Positions 56,269 through 56,604 of a stretch of 56,604 nt of DNA are shown piece after piece. Position 1 is the stretch's first letter. The number at the start of each line of letters is the position of its first letter. The stretch lies in the NCBI GenBank assembly GCA_947480055.1, contig CANKBX010000001.1, positions 1 through 56,604 on the forward strand, in the 5' to 3' direction. The notes beneath the pieces are model-generated. The model was not told where the DNA came from. It searched no databases and saw only the letters and a list, made by a program, of their open reading frames with translations. Origin of the DNA: Planctomycetaceae bacterium (GTDB lineage: Bacteria > Planctomycetota > Phycisphaerae > Phycisphaerales > SM1A02). The position numbers and the translations under genes were made by a program.

Positions 56269-56604
56269 CATGAAATGTGATCTCTGCGACAACCCGGCGA
56301 TGGTGCATGAAGTTGTCATCCAAAATGGAAACAAGATGGAATTACATTTGTGCGCCGAACACGCGGCGGCCAAGGGATATATTTTACCCACGGTTCCGGT
56401 GACGCAAATCCTAAAACAATTCGCGGCCACGGGAAAATCACTCAAGGCGCAGAAAGCCGCCGCTCGATGTTGCGACGCATGCGGACTCACCTTCGCGGAG
56501 TTCCGCCAAACAGGTCGTTTCGGTTGCGCCACGTGCTACGACTCATTCATGCCATCGGTGGCGGCCATTATTGAACGGGCCCAATCCGGCGCCGTGAGCC
56601 ATCG
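56269..56604 (+). CDS. mcsA: McsA-like protein (UvrB/UvrC-motif Cys-cluster protein, protein-arginine-kinase activator); partial, runs off the window
   Basis: Not in the supplied ORF track because it has no stop. Hand translation from the ATG at 56269 gives MKCDLCDNPAMVHEVVIQNGNKMELHLCAEHAAAKGY...CCDACGLTFAEFRQTGRFGCATCYDSF. It is open to the end of the window. Confidence 0.7.

Overview
This is a gene-dense, moderately GC-rich chromosomal segment (GC not computed) with about 46 protein-coding genes in alternating strand blocks. Nearly all are recognisable core or envelope functions.

Gene content:
- Fe-S cluster assembly (iscS-iscU-iscA), panC, a polyprenyl synthase, icd and yebC.
- The nusA-infB-rbfA block and gyrA.
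- A DsbD-type thiol:disulfide transporter.
- LPS and envelope genes: an O-antigen-ligase-like gene, a WecA/MraY-like gene, lpxI, kdsA, a GT2 glycosyltransferase and a lolE/lolD-like pair.
- A STAS-ExbD-TonB trio, surE, clpC, nadB, an RluA-family synthase, squalene-hopene cyclase and pabA/trpG.
- A partial mcsA-like gene that runs off the right edge and is absent from the supplied ORF track.

I recognised no rRNA, tRNA, CRISPR array, transposase, integrase, reverse transcriptase or phage gene. The only defence- or mobile-flavoured gene is a DUF1016/YhcG PD-(D/E)xK nuclease at the extreme left edge. The gene content (DUF1570-like protease, giant TPR protein, hopanoid cyclase, LpxI, many STAS/TPR-type genes, weak Shine-Dalgarno sites) suggests a Planctomycetota/PVC-like Gram-negative organism. 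That is inference only.

I do not see a convincing complete novel multi-gene system. The most interesting leads are:
- an ExbD/TonB pair coupled to a STAS protein with no ExbB anywhere in the window;
- an orphan strong terminator and about 330 nt of unassigned sequence upstream of nusA;
- a membrane-anchored protein built from about 16 tandem 21-22-aa units, with three near-identical copies;
- two secreted proteins carrying 36-bp in-frame tandem repeats;
- a methyltransferase with a histone-H1-like tail;
- a structured repeat cluster at the left edge.

All functional calls rest on motif recognition by eye. No database search was run.
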